Below are positions 51,780 to 64,000 of a stretch of 64,000 nt of DNA, piece by piece. Each line of letters opens with the position of its first letter. The first letter of the stretch is position 1. A program made the translations under genes and the position numbers. The notes under the pieces were generated by a model that saw only the letters and a program-made list of their open reading frames with translations, did no database searches and was not told where the DNA came from. The stretch is from assembly GCF_006345805.1 (NCBI RefSeq), contig NC_043015.1, forward strand, positions 16,616,001-16,680,000, written 5' to 3'. The DNA is from Octopus sinensis. Taxonomy: Eukaryota.

Positions 51780-52190
51780 CAGAAAAAAAATAAGGGCTTT
51801 TATTTATGCTCGACAGTATAATGCTTACTTTTTCTGTATAGAATTAGTAAAACCATTAAATGGTTAACTATTTTTGAAGCCAGACATTCATGCTGGTAAA
51901 CACAGTCCAGGCTTATTTTACATTGCCTGGAGTTTCTACCTATCGCAATGGAGCACCATTGACATGCATAGGGATATGGATATTCCTGACAGAAAAAATG
52001 TAATGATATGGATAATCTTGATTGTATGTGTTTATTTTTGTCTGGCACAGTTTTAAGTTTGTCATACTGTTTACACTAATTTCGAACATTAAAATGCCTA
52101 TTGCCATGTTCAAATGCATCTTCAACATATTTAATTTCTCCTTCACAGTAAACAGTTCATAAGTTCTGCCCATACTGACAATAATGGTAA
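51780..52190 (-). mobile_element. pogo (POGK-like) transposase N-terminal remnant
   Basis: FTVKEKLN..(frameshift)VEDAFEHGNR..FNV resembles the Brinker-type HTH; KIVNH...LYRKSKHY resembles the segment before the first catalytic D. Confidence 0.55.
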
Positions 52191-52584
52191 TGACAAAATT
52201 TTAAGTTTCTTTGACATTTGATAAATGTGAATGAGATTAAAATTTTGATATTCCATATCAAAGGTTCTGACAAGAATAGGCAGAAAAGAATTCTGTTTAC
52301 ATAATCAGTTTGATCAGTCACCTTCCTCTGGTAATTAAATTTAATTTGCAACACCTGTGCATATTTATCAGCTTTGTTTTTGTTGGTAATTCTTATCAAA
52401 CAACTTTTCCTGTGATTGTGATTTGAGAAGACATACAGCAGTATGCTAAAGATTGGACATAATCTCTTGTGGGCAAAAAATGTAAAATAAAGTTTATTAT
52501 AAACAACACAAACACTTTGTAATTTAATAGTTTCCAATGTGATACCTGTTGATCCGAAATCATTTTTATTTAATGAAAATTTAA

Positions 52585-52957
52585 TAAAACCTAATCATAA
52601 GTAAGTGAAATTATGCATGATTTCACTTACTTATGATTAGGTTTTAACTGCTCCAAACTAAATTTATTACCTTCATTTCCTGTCAAACAGATGATGATAA
52701 CCATGATGCCTAGCCATCTTAGACAATCATTGTGAACTCTGTTGGTAACTAAATTCTTCCCTCTACATTTAATAGGGCTGGGCATCAGCTTCCTCACTAT
52801 GGCTGATAATCTATGCCATGTCTTTCTAAAATGTAGAGGGAAGAATTTAGTTACCAACAGAGTTCACAATGATTGTCTAAGATGGCTAGGCATCATGGTT
52901 ATCATCATCTGTTTGACAGGAAATGAAGGTAACAAATTTAGTTTGGAGCAGTTAAAA
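52585..52957. repeat. Double fold-back: 62-bp palindrome (27-bp arms) overlapping a 129-bp-arm inverted repeat with a 58-nt loop
   Basis: 52585-52611 is the reverse complement of 52620-52646; 52642-52770 is the reverse complement of 52829-52957 except A52666/C52933. Confidence 0.97.
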
Positions 52958-53589
52958 ATGAGACTTTCAGTGAACTAGGAAAAAATCACTTTTTGCTACC
53001 AGGGGAGCTTATTTTGATTAATGGCAAATGGGTCTTAGCTGTTAAGATTGGAGTATTACTTGCTAGAAAACTTTGATAAGTATTTCAGACACTATTGGTA
53101 ACATACATATCTATATAATTTCTAAATGTTCATAATTTTCTTGTCTGCTCATAAGTAACAGACTATTACTTAACATTTCTTCATTTGTTCAGATATATAT
53201 TCCATTTATCTACAATGCTGTAAATCTAGATATCCTGCCTCTAACAGCCCAAACTGTTAATGCCAAAATGAGGATAAATTTAGCAACAGTAATCAGAAGC
53301 CCTTGTTACCTACTTCAGTGACACTCAGTATTTTCTAACATGAATCTGTAGTTCAATGTTATTATTATTTAGTTTCTATTATGATTACATCTTTTAAAAG
53401 TTCCTTTCCAGCCCTTGTTTCACTCCACTCTTGAATTAAGTGTTAACCCTACTAACCTCATTCAATTAGCCCAGTCCCTCCATGTGAGAGTATCAAAAGA
53501 TCATGAGTATTTACTCAACTTCTTGAACAAACAAATAAGAAAAAACAATGTGAAATTATAATTACTAATTTTTATATTTTCCTCTGTCT

Positions 53590-53830
53590 CCTGCTACAGG
53601 CTGAAAGAAGCCCCATGGCAGGCATGGCACCAGATGACTGAATATGCATGATAAAGAATTCCAGGGGCTCAACATTATATTGGAGGATGCAGAGGGTCTG
53701 GCACAGGATAGCCAGCAGTGGTGAGCTCTGGTGGACCTGGTCACCTCTATGCATAATGACACCTCTGAGACCACTAACTGGGATGATCCCAGCCCCATCA
53801 AGCAAGAGCATGAGTGAGTGATTGAGTGAT
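53590..53830 (+). mobile_element. 3' end of a second RTE-type family with (GAGT)n tail
   Basis: Decayed ORF end ...aggatagccagcagtgg...gacctggtc...ctatgc then gagtgagtgattgagtga. Confidence 0.5.
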
Positions 53831-54139
53831 CCAGCTTATCTGCAAGGTCACAATATTTTCACAAGAATGTTATTTTATTCACAGATTTCGTGAACCAAGA
53901 TTTAGAGTGAAATGTTTTCCCAACTGCCAGCCTTCTAATATGGTTCTAAAAGGTGAAATGAATGCTATTAATGCAATAATAGTTGATCCATGCCCTCATG
54001 ATCATTAACTGAACTCATATCCTAGCACAATAATGAGTTAGAGTTAGAATATAATTTAGAAAAGGCTGATTAAGTTTAGGGGAAAGTTAGTTAATGATAA
54101 TGATTTAAGCATTGCAGCTGTTATGGCTGCCAGTGTCAT

Positions 54140-55570
54140 CATCATCATTTAGTGTCCATTGTCCATGCTGGAAGGCTGCCCCAGACTCCAGTCTGATTTG
54201 TCATGTTTTCTATGGCTGGATGCCCTTCCTAACGCCAACCACTCTGAGAGTGTAATGGGTGTTTTTACATGTCACCTGCATGGGTGCCATTTCTGTGACA
54301 CCAATATCTGCCACAACTGCAATTTTGCTTGGCTTCATGGGTCTTCTTCTCAAGCACGTCATAATGCCAAAGGTCTTGGTCATTGCCTTCATGAGGCCCA
54401 ACACTTGAAAAGAACTCAGCCACTTTGCCTCCATGAGGCCCAATGCCTGAAAGGAATTCAACCACTTTGCCTTTGTGAGGGTCAATGCTCAAAAGGAACT
54501 CAACCACTTTGCCTCAATGAGGCCCAACAGTTGAAATGTGTTCTTTACATGTTACCAGCATGAGTGCACTTTGCTTGATGGGTCCTCTCAAGTACAACAT
54601 GTTGCCAAAGGTCTTGCTTACTAGTTATTGCCTCTGTGAGGCTCGAAGTTTGAAAATCATGCTTCACCACCTCATTTCGTGTCTTCCTGTGTCTACTTCT
54701 ACCACAAGTTCCCTCCACAGTTACATATCAGAACTTCTTTACACAGCTGTCCTTGTCCATATGCATCACATGACCATACCAGCACAGTCATCTACACCAC
54801 ATCTGATGCCTCTTATGCCTAACTTTTCTCTCAAGATGCTTACACTCTGTTGAACATGTACATTGACATTGCACATCCAACAAAGCATACTGACTTCATT
54901 TCTTTCAAGTCTATGCATGTCCCCGACTGTCACAGCCCATGTTTCACTGCCATGCAGCACAACTGTTCATACACAGGCATCAAACAATCTGCCTTTCACT
55001 CTGAGAGAGAAGCCTTTTGTTACAAGCAGGGGTAGAAGCTCTCTGAACTTTGCCCAGCCTAATCTTATTCTCACAGCTACACCCTCGGAACATCAACCTC
55101 CACTACTAACTTGGTCAACTAGATAACGGAAGCTATTTACTATCTCTAGCTTGCTCCCATTGTAATTGATGGAGTCTATTTTCTGCCCATTTTCAGTGTT
55201 TATTGTACCTATGCATCTTCCACATACTAAAGTTAGTTTCCCCGTTAACCTTCCTGGTGTTGCTGCACCTTTTATGTGTCCAAAGCTTACACTAGGTGCA
55301 TCTTACAAAGATTCTACCTACAACTTGTCTACAGATTGAGCAGGGTCATCTACCTGAAGGGATTTGTGATTTGTCTGCTTTTCTACTTACTAAGACTTTG
55401 GTTTTTGCTAGGTTAACTCTAAGGCCCTTTGATTCTAGACCTTGCTTCCATACCTGGAACTTCTCTAGTTCAGCTATAAGAGCAAGGTCATCAGTGTAGA
55501 AAAACTCCCAGGGACAGCCTATCTTAAATTGTTCCTTTATTGCCTGAAGGATTATGATGAGCATGTCATT
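54140..55570 (-). mobile_element. RTE-clade LINE 3' half with 42-bp repeat units in the 3' UTR
   Basis: GCPWEFFYTDDL, MLHGSETWAVT, 3' UTR, (GAT)n tail. Confidence 0.9.
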
Positions 55571-56099
55571 GAACTGATATCATACTCTAGTATACCAATT
55601 ACAGAGTGGAACAGCTATGGTATCATAAACAGATACTAGTATAACATACATATGAATGTCACATGAAACCTCTATATTTCTAACATAGACAGATGTGCAA
55701 ATTTCATTGGCACATTTCAAAAGATTGTTTTCTGTTAGCAATATTATTGGGGTTTTCCTTTTCTCATAATAACTTGGAACACAAAACAATACCAATGATA
55801 TATTTCAGAATTTTTGTAATAGTGCATCTCAATACCTTTCTTCTTTTACTTATAGTGACATTCTTTAATGAGAAAGAGATGCTCTGCTCCCTCTATCTTG
55901 GAGATAATTTTGTGAGCTTTCACTTATTTCTAACTCACATAATTTTATTGCTTTGTCTGTCAGACCGAGTTTCTTCTTTTTTTTTTTTGTGCCACTGACT
56001 CGTTTTCTTTGGAAGGACTATTCTATGTATGATGATGAATAGAGTGTCCAGTTTTCTTTATTTCAATTTATTTTTAATAGTACTGATATTACAGCCTAT

Positions 56100-56690
56100 A
56101 CCAGGTAGAGGAAAGATAGTTCATAGTAGGGGCCATGTCTATCTGTCATTTGCCTGTTAGACAGACAGGCAAACTAACAAATACTTGGGATCACAGACTA
56201 ACAGAGAAGGCAGACTTTGTTGTGGAAGATGCACAAGAATAGTTAATATGAAAAATATATATGAAATAGCCGCATTTCAATGCTCAGAAACATTGTTTGT
56301 GGTTGATAGCATTTGTTACCTACCTAGCAAGACAAAGATATGGAATGCAAAAGATTTGCAAAGACTACAAAGAAATGAAGCAATCATGCACAGATGGAAG
56401 CGTGATATTTATGAGCATGAATAAAGAAATACAAATGAGCTAAGAAAAATTCTGGATAGAAGAAGAATCAGATATAATATGCCAAGAGAGGTGGGTATAC
56501 TAATACTAGCATGTGATGCATGTGAAGGATGACAGTTGTACAATGAAGCATTGTGCTCCAAATTGGATGGAACCTATGGAAGAAAAGAAAAACCAAGGAA
56601 GACATGGGACTGATCTCATGTAGCTGCACCTCACAATGGAGATGACAAAGAACTATGATGATTGACAATATATGATGCTTTAGAAGATAC
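56100..56690 (+). mobile_element. Old RTE 3' fragment
   Basis: LCCGRCT...VVDSICYL; DLQRLQRNEAIMHRW; KPRKTW. Confidence 0.65.
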
Positions 56691-58472
56691 TACTGCCTTT
56701 ACAGGTATGGGGAAAGGTAGTTAAATGGTGGTAGTGATAGAGGGTTCTCCCTCTCTCTCTCTTTTCACAATTTCTATGTAATGTGGGGTTAAGTCAGATC
56801 TGTTAATATCCAATGCACCAGACCATCACCCTTCAGGGCTGTGAACCACCACTTATTGACATTTGTCTCTCTCTCTTTTATCTCTCACTCTCCTTCCCTT
56901 GCCAGCAAGTACACAACTGCTATGACTCTCTTTCTCATTAACCTTACTATATCTCTACCATTACTTCCTCCCATTACTATCACTACTCCAGTACTCCTTA
57001 CTCTCTCTCTTTCTCTTCTATTTCTCCCTCCTCTGCCACACTGCCACCTTTATCAACACTTTCATTTCTTTCACTTTCTCATTCTTGTTCATTTCTGTCA
57101 TTGTCCTGAATGAGTGAAAACAACAAGGAATAAAATGAAGGCTCTCTAGCTTTGTTGGTTAGAAAGCTATTTCACTAGTGCTGGTGCCCTGATAAAATGT
57201 TTCCAATATTCCCTAGAAAGATCTTGGTGTTGAGAAAGGCACCTGTCTATAGAAACTATTCCAAAAATGACATATACAAGTAGGATGTAATTCTGTGACC
57301 CATCTAGGAGGGTAGCAGCTCTGAAAAAGAAATGACTTGGTACATGATAACCTGTCTAATCCACTCCATCATGGAAAGCAGACATAAAATGTTGATGTAT
57401 ATATATATAAGTAAATATGTATGTATGCACACATATGTGCCTGTATGTGTAAAATATTTATTCAGTATCTATGTGTTGGTGTGTGTGTGTGAGTGTGTGC
57501 ATGCTTGGTAGCTAATAGCAATTTATAGTCAAAATGTATTCATTCCTCACACTCATCTATTGTTTGTCATGCACACTTCAGGCATTTCCTAATCGTGATC
57601 ATATTTCTCTGACTCTCTTGACCTCCAGAGGCATCAGATTTCAGCCAGCAAACTAGTCAGGATCTTTTCAAGTAGAATTCGTGATAAAATTTCATTTCCC
57701 TTTTCACTTTAAACTTTTTTATGAGAGGATAAATATCATCTTCTATGGAACCATATCTTTCATTTCTGTATACACAATAACTGACCTAATCCTTCTGCTT
57801 TAATTCTTTAAACTTTCCATATACACATGAGAAATATATTCTGTTACTTATCATCTGATCTGATATAACTTGTATATTCAATAATCTTGATATAAACAAT
57901 GCATTTTTTTCTAATGAATGATATGGCTTCTGAAGGGATTTTTTAAAAAATTGAATACCTTTGAACATAAATAAATCTTGCATTCTCTGACAGTTTATCT
58001 ACTCTAATTATGCTTACAGAGAGACTTTTCGTAATGATAGTTATACTGTTATAATTCATATTCACTCTGATCATTTACAACTGTGATGCTGTATTTTATG
58101 TTAGGCTACAATAGGTTAAACCAGATTACATTTTCTTCTCAGTGAATCTGGGAGCTAATAAGTACTAAAGTATTTCTGTGACAACTTAGCTCCAGCTCTT
58201 TATAATGATAAATATATTCCTGGTCTATTGTTCATGTTTTAATGATTTATTTCATAATATTGAAAAAGTGGTGAAATACAATAGTTATATGGAGATAATG
58301 ATTAAACTTTTAGAAGAATTTGTAACTTTTGGTGATGAATTGAGACGTCTAAAATAGTGGTAAATTATCAGAATCATCAGCACATTGGATGAAATAACTT
58401 GTAATATTTTCCCAGTATCTTGCATCCTGATTTTAAATCTAGTTGTGGTCAACTTTGCCTTTCATCCTTTAA

Positions 58473-58693
58473 CCCTTTTGATACCAACCCGGCTGAAGCC
58501 GCCTCTGGCTTTGTAGTACAAATGTCTTGTTTTCATAAGTTTTGAGTTAAAATCTTCCACCAAACCTTAGTCACAATTTATGTTCCTAACACTAGCTTAA
58601 TGATAACTAATTTATTTTACTAAAGTCTTTGTTATATTTAAAGTAATTGAAACAAACACAGAGCATCTCAAAATAAATATGGTAACAAATGGG
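58473..58693. mobile_element. piggyBac-type MITE inserted in a SINE
   Basis: TTAA|cccttttgatacca ... tggtaacaaatggg|TTAA. Confidence 0.85.
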
Positions 58694-59711
58694 TTAATGG
58701 TTAATAAATGAAATACTTACTAGTCTAGGGTAGTGGGTTGGTAAAAATGTTAGTGTCAGACGTCTTGCAGTATTTGTTTTGGCTCTTTATGTTCTGAGTT
58801 CAAATCCTACCATTGCATACTTGAAGAGTAAACTTAATCTATCACCCAGTTTAACACTACTATTGATTGATTTTGGCAGAGTCCACTATGTTGCAAATGT
58901 TCTTCAGTTTGATGATAACCTACCTCCCTCTCTCCCAACAATCTCATAGTCCTTTCATGAGCAGTGACATTTCCTCCTAACTGAGAAATTTTTTTAAATT
59001 GTTAATTTGGCATGAGTCATCACATTCAGGAAAAAATGATCAAATATCTTCCATTAATTGTTTTGGACAATTTAAAAAAAAATTTAAGCATCAGTTAGTT
59101 CAGAGGGCAGTAAAACTACAATTGACATACATTGGCTCTGCACACACACACATGTACATAGCTATAAATTGGCAGCATTGCATATAATTCACTGGACATT
59201 GAAAACAAGATTGTTCTTTGACTTTAACTATTTTACTTTGTTTTGTTTTTTGTTTTTTTACCAACTTTCAAGTCTTAGAAAACTACAAATCAGCCCTGAT
59301 TGAGCAAGTGGACTACATTATTCAATGTCCTTCCATTTTATTGTGAAATTTGAAAGATTTGGTTGCTACTTTTAGTAAATCAAACAACCATGTAGAGAAT
59401 CCTCTCATGGCTTACAAACTTTGAAGATTTACACAAACGAGTTTGTGTAAACAATGTTTAATATTTTACTTTTTTTTTCATATTTCAAGTGAACATCATT
59501 TATTCCCAAAATTCTATGTCATTAAATCTTATGTGGTATAGTCTTCCTTGTGTTGAAACTGCATTTGGTGCTAGATATTTCAAATGTGAAATTACTTTTT
59601 TTACATTCAATGTTAAATAGTTAACCATAACATCAGCTAAGGTGTCTAATGATATTCTAAGTGATACATGACACTGTTGTTATTATAAAGTCCCCAATTA
59701 AAGCAACTTAC

Positions 59712-59771
59712 CTGTAGCTTGCCTGTTGACAGCTGAAGTATTATTAAGTTTAGTTGTACTGCTGTCACTCA
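59712..59771 (-). other. Candidate micro-exon (21 or 60 nt) with a consensus donor
   Basis: CAG|GTAAGT donor at 59712; alternative acceptors at 59732 (tacttcag|) and 59771; open frames LSTGKLQ or SDSSTTKLNNTSAVNRQAT. Confidence 0.25.
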
Positions 59772-60492
59772 CTTATCAGATTAAGCAATAGGGAAAAGAC
59801 CAAAGCTGCATCAAATATAAGTCTTTCTAATCAGTGTACATACTGCAGTTGTTATATTTTCAAGTGTGAAAAAAAAAGTAAAGAGTTTCAGGAAACTAAT
59901 GATTAGGAAAAATTGTATTGTGATATTCACAAATTCAAATAAGTTTGTGGGACAAGGAAAAAGAGGAAGCTGATATTTTAGAAATAACTCTTTATTTCAG
60001 GAAAGGAAAAACTTTTTATAATTTTGTCATTTCTTTCTCCCTTTTTCCTCATTCTCTTTTCTCTCACTATACGTAGTTGATGAAAAAAAACAAAAACAAA
60101 TGGAAATTCATCACCAATTTCAACGAATATTCTAGTTGTTTGATCAACAGAGAGCTACCTATTTCTTGAATTGTAATATAAGGAACCAAATATTCCACAG
60201 ACATGAGTACCTTTAAGAGTATTGTCAAACAGATTTGGCATGAAATTGTGTGACAAGGCAGGTCACTTTAATTACAGGTGTACATCATCCAACAGGCACA
60301 GTTTCCAGCAACCAAGTATCACTTAGAAGACCTATGATGACCTGAGATGATGGTAGAAAACACTTGCTCAAGGTCCTAGAAGTTGCTTGTCCATGTGGAG
60401 TCAAATCCAAGACTTCCTGATTCAGATGTTTGCTTTCACTAAATGAATACCTATATCCACACACTAAGTTTCATTATGTTGTCTTTCAACCA

Positions 60493-61388
60493 TATGTGGC
60501 CTGATCAATAAGTATCTGAACTGTTGCCATAGAAACAACGCTAAAGCATACAGAGTGAATCTGCTTGGCACAGATTGATCTTGTACTCTGCTGTGCATGT
60601 GCACTAAGTTTTAACATCCTAGCTCACTTCCGCTGCTTACAGCAGCACTTGGAAGGAAGGTGTGTAGCATGTGATCATCATATTGACCATGACAGAGGAA
60701 GTTGAGCAGAGAATCTGCATCACAATTTGCTAAAAGCTTGGCAATACCTGCTCAGAGACCTACACAAAGTTTTCAAAAAGTTTTCACCATTCTCGACACA
60801 ACCAAGGAGACGTTGTGCAACTGAAACCCGAGTGTCTTTTTGGTCAGCTGAAAGTAGTTTTGGCACAAAGTTGGCAGACAAGCATCTCATACCCAATCTT
60901 CAGTGATAACGGACTGAACTGAGCTATAACTAATCTGCACATCCTCTGATAACTCATGGATGGTGATTCAACAACTTCTTCTCACAGCTGCATGCATATC
61001 TGCAGTGTTTTCTCAGTTCTGCTAGTTGTGGATTTCCTAGAATGTTCATCAATATTGTCATTTTTTTTGCTATCTTTCAATCATCTGAACCACTCATACA
61101 CTTGTGTGTGGTTCTTACACTCCACTCCATACACTTTCTGCTACTTGTCAAAGGACTTTGAGTAGGTATCGTCATGACAACTTTCTCTGCCATGGTCAAT
61201 GTGATGATCACACACTACACACCTTCCTTCCAAGCACTGCAGTAAAAAGTGGAAGTGGGCTAGAGCGTTAAAACTTAGTGCACATGAACAGCAGAGTTCA
61301 AAGCCAATCTTTGCCAGCAGCTTTACTCTGTGTGCTTTAGCTTCATTACTATGTCAACAGTCCGGATACTTATTGATCAGACCTCATA
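60493..61388. mobile_element. mariner derivative made of two inward-facing 5' ends
   Basis: TIR ...ctgatcaataagtatc at both ends; ~230-bp diverged inverted arms; MTEEVEQRICI on + and KVYG...VYEWF...LGMRCLSANFVPKLLSADQK on -. Confidence 0.85.
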
Positions 61389-62328
61389 TATTACCACAAC
61401 CTTCCTCCAGTAATCAGTAATGCTAGTTACATAGTAACCAGCATTAAACTATATTGTATATGTTTTCACTCTCCTGCATTGACACGTGGAAATGATCTGC
61501 CTAATCCCCTGCCTAAGCCAAATTATTCTAGATGTAGCAGTCATTTGATCATCACCATTAGGATTATCTTTTCCATCACCTTCAACCCCATCATTACTGC
61601 TGTCACAGCTCTTATTATCACAATTACTACTACCACCACCACCACCACCATCATCATCACTACTTGCCATTACCATTATTATTACTTTTGCCCTACTGAC
61701 ACTGCTATCATCATATATATTACCATCACTACTGCAAGCTGTATCAGCATCACCAGTACCAACTTGTTGTATTACTATTAGCACAACTACCACTATAATC
61801 ATCATTCTTACCACCTAAACAATGTATATAACAAAATTAGGTGTCAAACAGGACAGAACATGTCCAGACTGCCATATCCTTTCACAATTAGCTAATTTAT
61901 GATAAAGACAGCAACATGGTTGTGAATCACATAGAAATATGACCTCTCTGCCATTGTAACAATTTAATCAGTTAAGTTCAAGGTAAGGATTTTGTTATAC
62001 AGAACTGGGTGGATCTAATTAACAACTGCAAGAATAACAACAACAGTAACAGCATTAACTCATTTTTGCTAACTAATTAAAGATTCTAAAGCTAAAGAAT
62101 TAGACATTTAAAGTTAGTTGAATTTATCAGATGACTGTGATATTTATTATAATACAGCTGCCAATCTTTCTATTCTAACATTGAATATTATTTTCTTCTG
62201 TTTGATAGCTATTTTACATCCACATTTCTCAGTTGTCATAAAGATCAGTATTTTCTAATAAATTGAGTTATTTGCGTAAACTTTTACTAGATTTGTTGTT
62301 TCTTTGTTTGTTAGTCAAAGGAACTTAC

Positions 62329-62364
62329 CAATTGCAAGCCTTCCTGATTATGGAATAATGACGG
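62329..62364 (-). other. Candidate 36-nt micro-exon (PSLFHNQEGLQL in phase 0)
   Basis: Long polypyrimidine tract then atcaag|, TTG|GTAAGT donor, open frame. Confidence 0.3.
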
Positions 62365-64000
62365 CTTGATAAGTGAGATGCAATAGAGAAATAAGTTGAA
62401 ACACATAGAGGTGGAGAATAAAGACACAGTAGAGATGGAGTAGGGCAACAAATTAGTAGAGACATTAAAATGTTTGATTTATAAAAATTTATTTTGACTC
62501 CTTGAACTCTAGATTCAAATCCTGCCACGGTCAACTTTTCTTTTGATCCTTTCATAAATAAATTACTAACCCAGGGCAGTGGACTGATAAAATTGTTAGA
62601 GCTTTGGACAAGATACTTTATAATAGCCATCCCTGTTGTATACATTCTAGCTTCAAAATCCTGACCAAGCCATTATTATAATGAAATAACTTCTTTCAGG
62701 TGGACTAATAAATCCAAATAAAAAGATCTTGAAGACAGAATAGTTTACATATATATTTGCTTTGACAAGAATGAAGTGTAATGTTTTAAGTGGAGCACAT
62801 ATGAGGAAAGACTTGCAGAGAAGAAAATGGAGAGACCATCCAAAGTAACATCACAAGTGCATGGTGAGATATTTGATTCAGCATAAAGAAACATTATTCC
62901 TCACAGAAGTATTGGTATAAAGGACAATAGAAGAAGCTGCTGCACAGTGGGACTGAACCCAAAATCACATGGTTACAAGGTGAACTTCTGAACTACACAG
63001 CCTGTGCCTATCTATGCTGGCAGCTGACAAATAGAAAATTTCAAATCAGGAAGACTAATAAAAATGACACTAGCTGAAGAATTCTATTGTAGATTTTAAA
63101 AAAATACTTATACACATTTAACTTATCATTAATAAAATAGTCCCAGAGATATGCCTCGCATATCCCCACCCCAAGAAAAAAAATAGGCAATCTGTTGGTT
63201 ACAACAACAAGGGTTCCAGTTGATCCAATCAACAGAACAGCCTGCTCATGAAATTAATGTGCAAGTGGTTGAGCATTTCACAGACACACATATTCTTACT
63301 CTGGTTCTCAGGGAGATTCAGTGTGACACAAAATGTGACAAGGCTGGCCCTTAAAAAAAACAGGTACTACTCATTATTGCCAGCTGAGTGGATTGGAGCA
63401 ACATGAAAGTGTCTTGCTCAAGAGACACAATGCACCACTGGAAATCAAACTCATGATTGTGACCAGAATACCCTAACCACTAGGCCACACACCTTCACTA
63501 CACTGGGTGTATGATGAGCTTCAGTAAGATTACAACTTTTTTATATTCTTAGGTTTTAGTCCTTTTAGAACATCAACTAGTTTTTTCATAGTTGTAGTTT
63601 AAAAAATTACTTTATTTTTTAAAATGCTTTTAAGATGGCCTTGAGCATTACTCTCTCTGACAAAGATCACAGAGATAGCTGACTAGATGTTCTGGATGTC
63701 TGAGAGAAACCCAGTTTTGTATTTTGATTATGACATGCACCACTATACACTATTAGTGTTAGAATCCAACGTCACAAAAACAATTTAATAGTAATATCAC
63801 ATGAATTGAACCCTACCCTATTCACCAGTGGCATGATATTGTTTATGCATTTCCTGTTATGGTCACAAGATTCTGCTTCTTTCACACTCAAAATAGATCA
63901 AAATCCTAAACAGTACATCTAACTCACAATAAACACTTCAAGCTGATCAACTACTGACCTTCTACCAATATCTAATTTATATTAAATTATTACCCAATTA

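Noticed and set aside
51829-51985. Apparent 157-nt minus-strand exon (EYPYPYACQW...LILYRK) with good AG and GTAAGC signals
   Set aside because: It continues a frameshifted pogo transposase remnant, so it is TE-derived rather than a host exon, though exonisation cannot be excluded

Overview
AT-rich, microsatellite-dense animal genomic DNA, almost entirely non-coding and transposon-derived. The SINE/RTE repertoire and simple-repeat load resemble an octopus (coleoid cephalopod) genome; this is inference from repeat content only. No intact host CDS, tRNA, rRNA or CRISPR array is supportable, and most long ORFs in the track are transposon fragments or microsatellite read-through. Recognisable elements: Tx1/L1-like LINE pieces, a Helentron-type Rep-PIF1-endonuclease remnant, Gypsy gag-protease plus two LTR families, Tc1, mariner, pogo/Tigger, two Chapaev3-type remnants, a piggyBac-type MITE, R4/Dong-like LINEs, Penelope-like elements, many RTE copies and two tRNA-derived SINE families. 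The best second-look items are several long fold-back structures (notably a 129-bp near-perfect hairpin with a single A.C mismatch, joined to a 62-bp palindrome at 52.6-53.0 kb), a head-to-tail chain of RTE 3' ends at microsatellites, a hammerhead-like core next to a Penelope-associated terminal motif, and a few minus-strand candidate micro-exons suggesting the window may be intronic. TE boundaries are approximate unless TIR/TSD are quoted.
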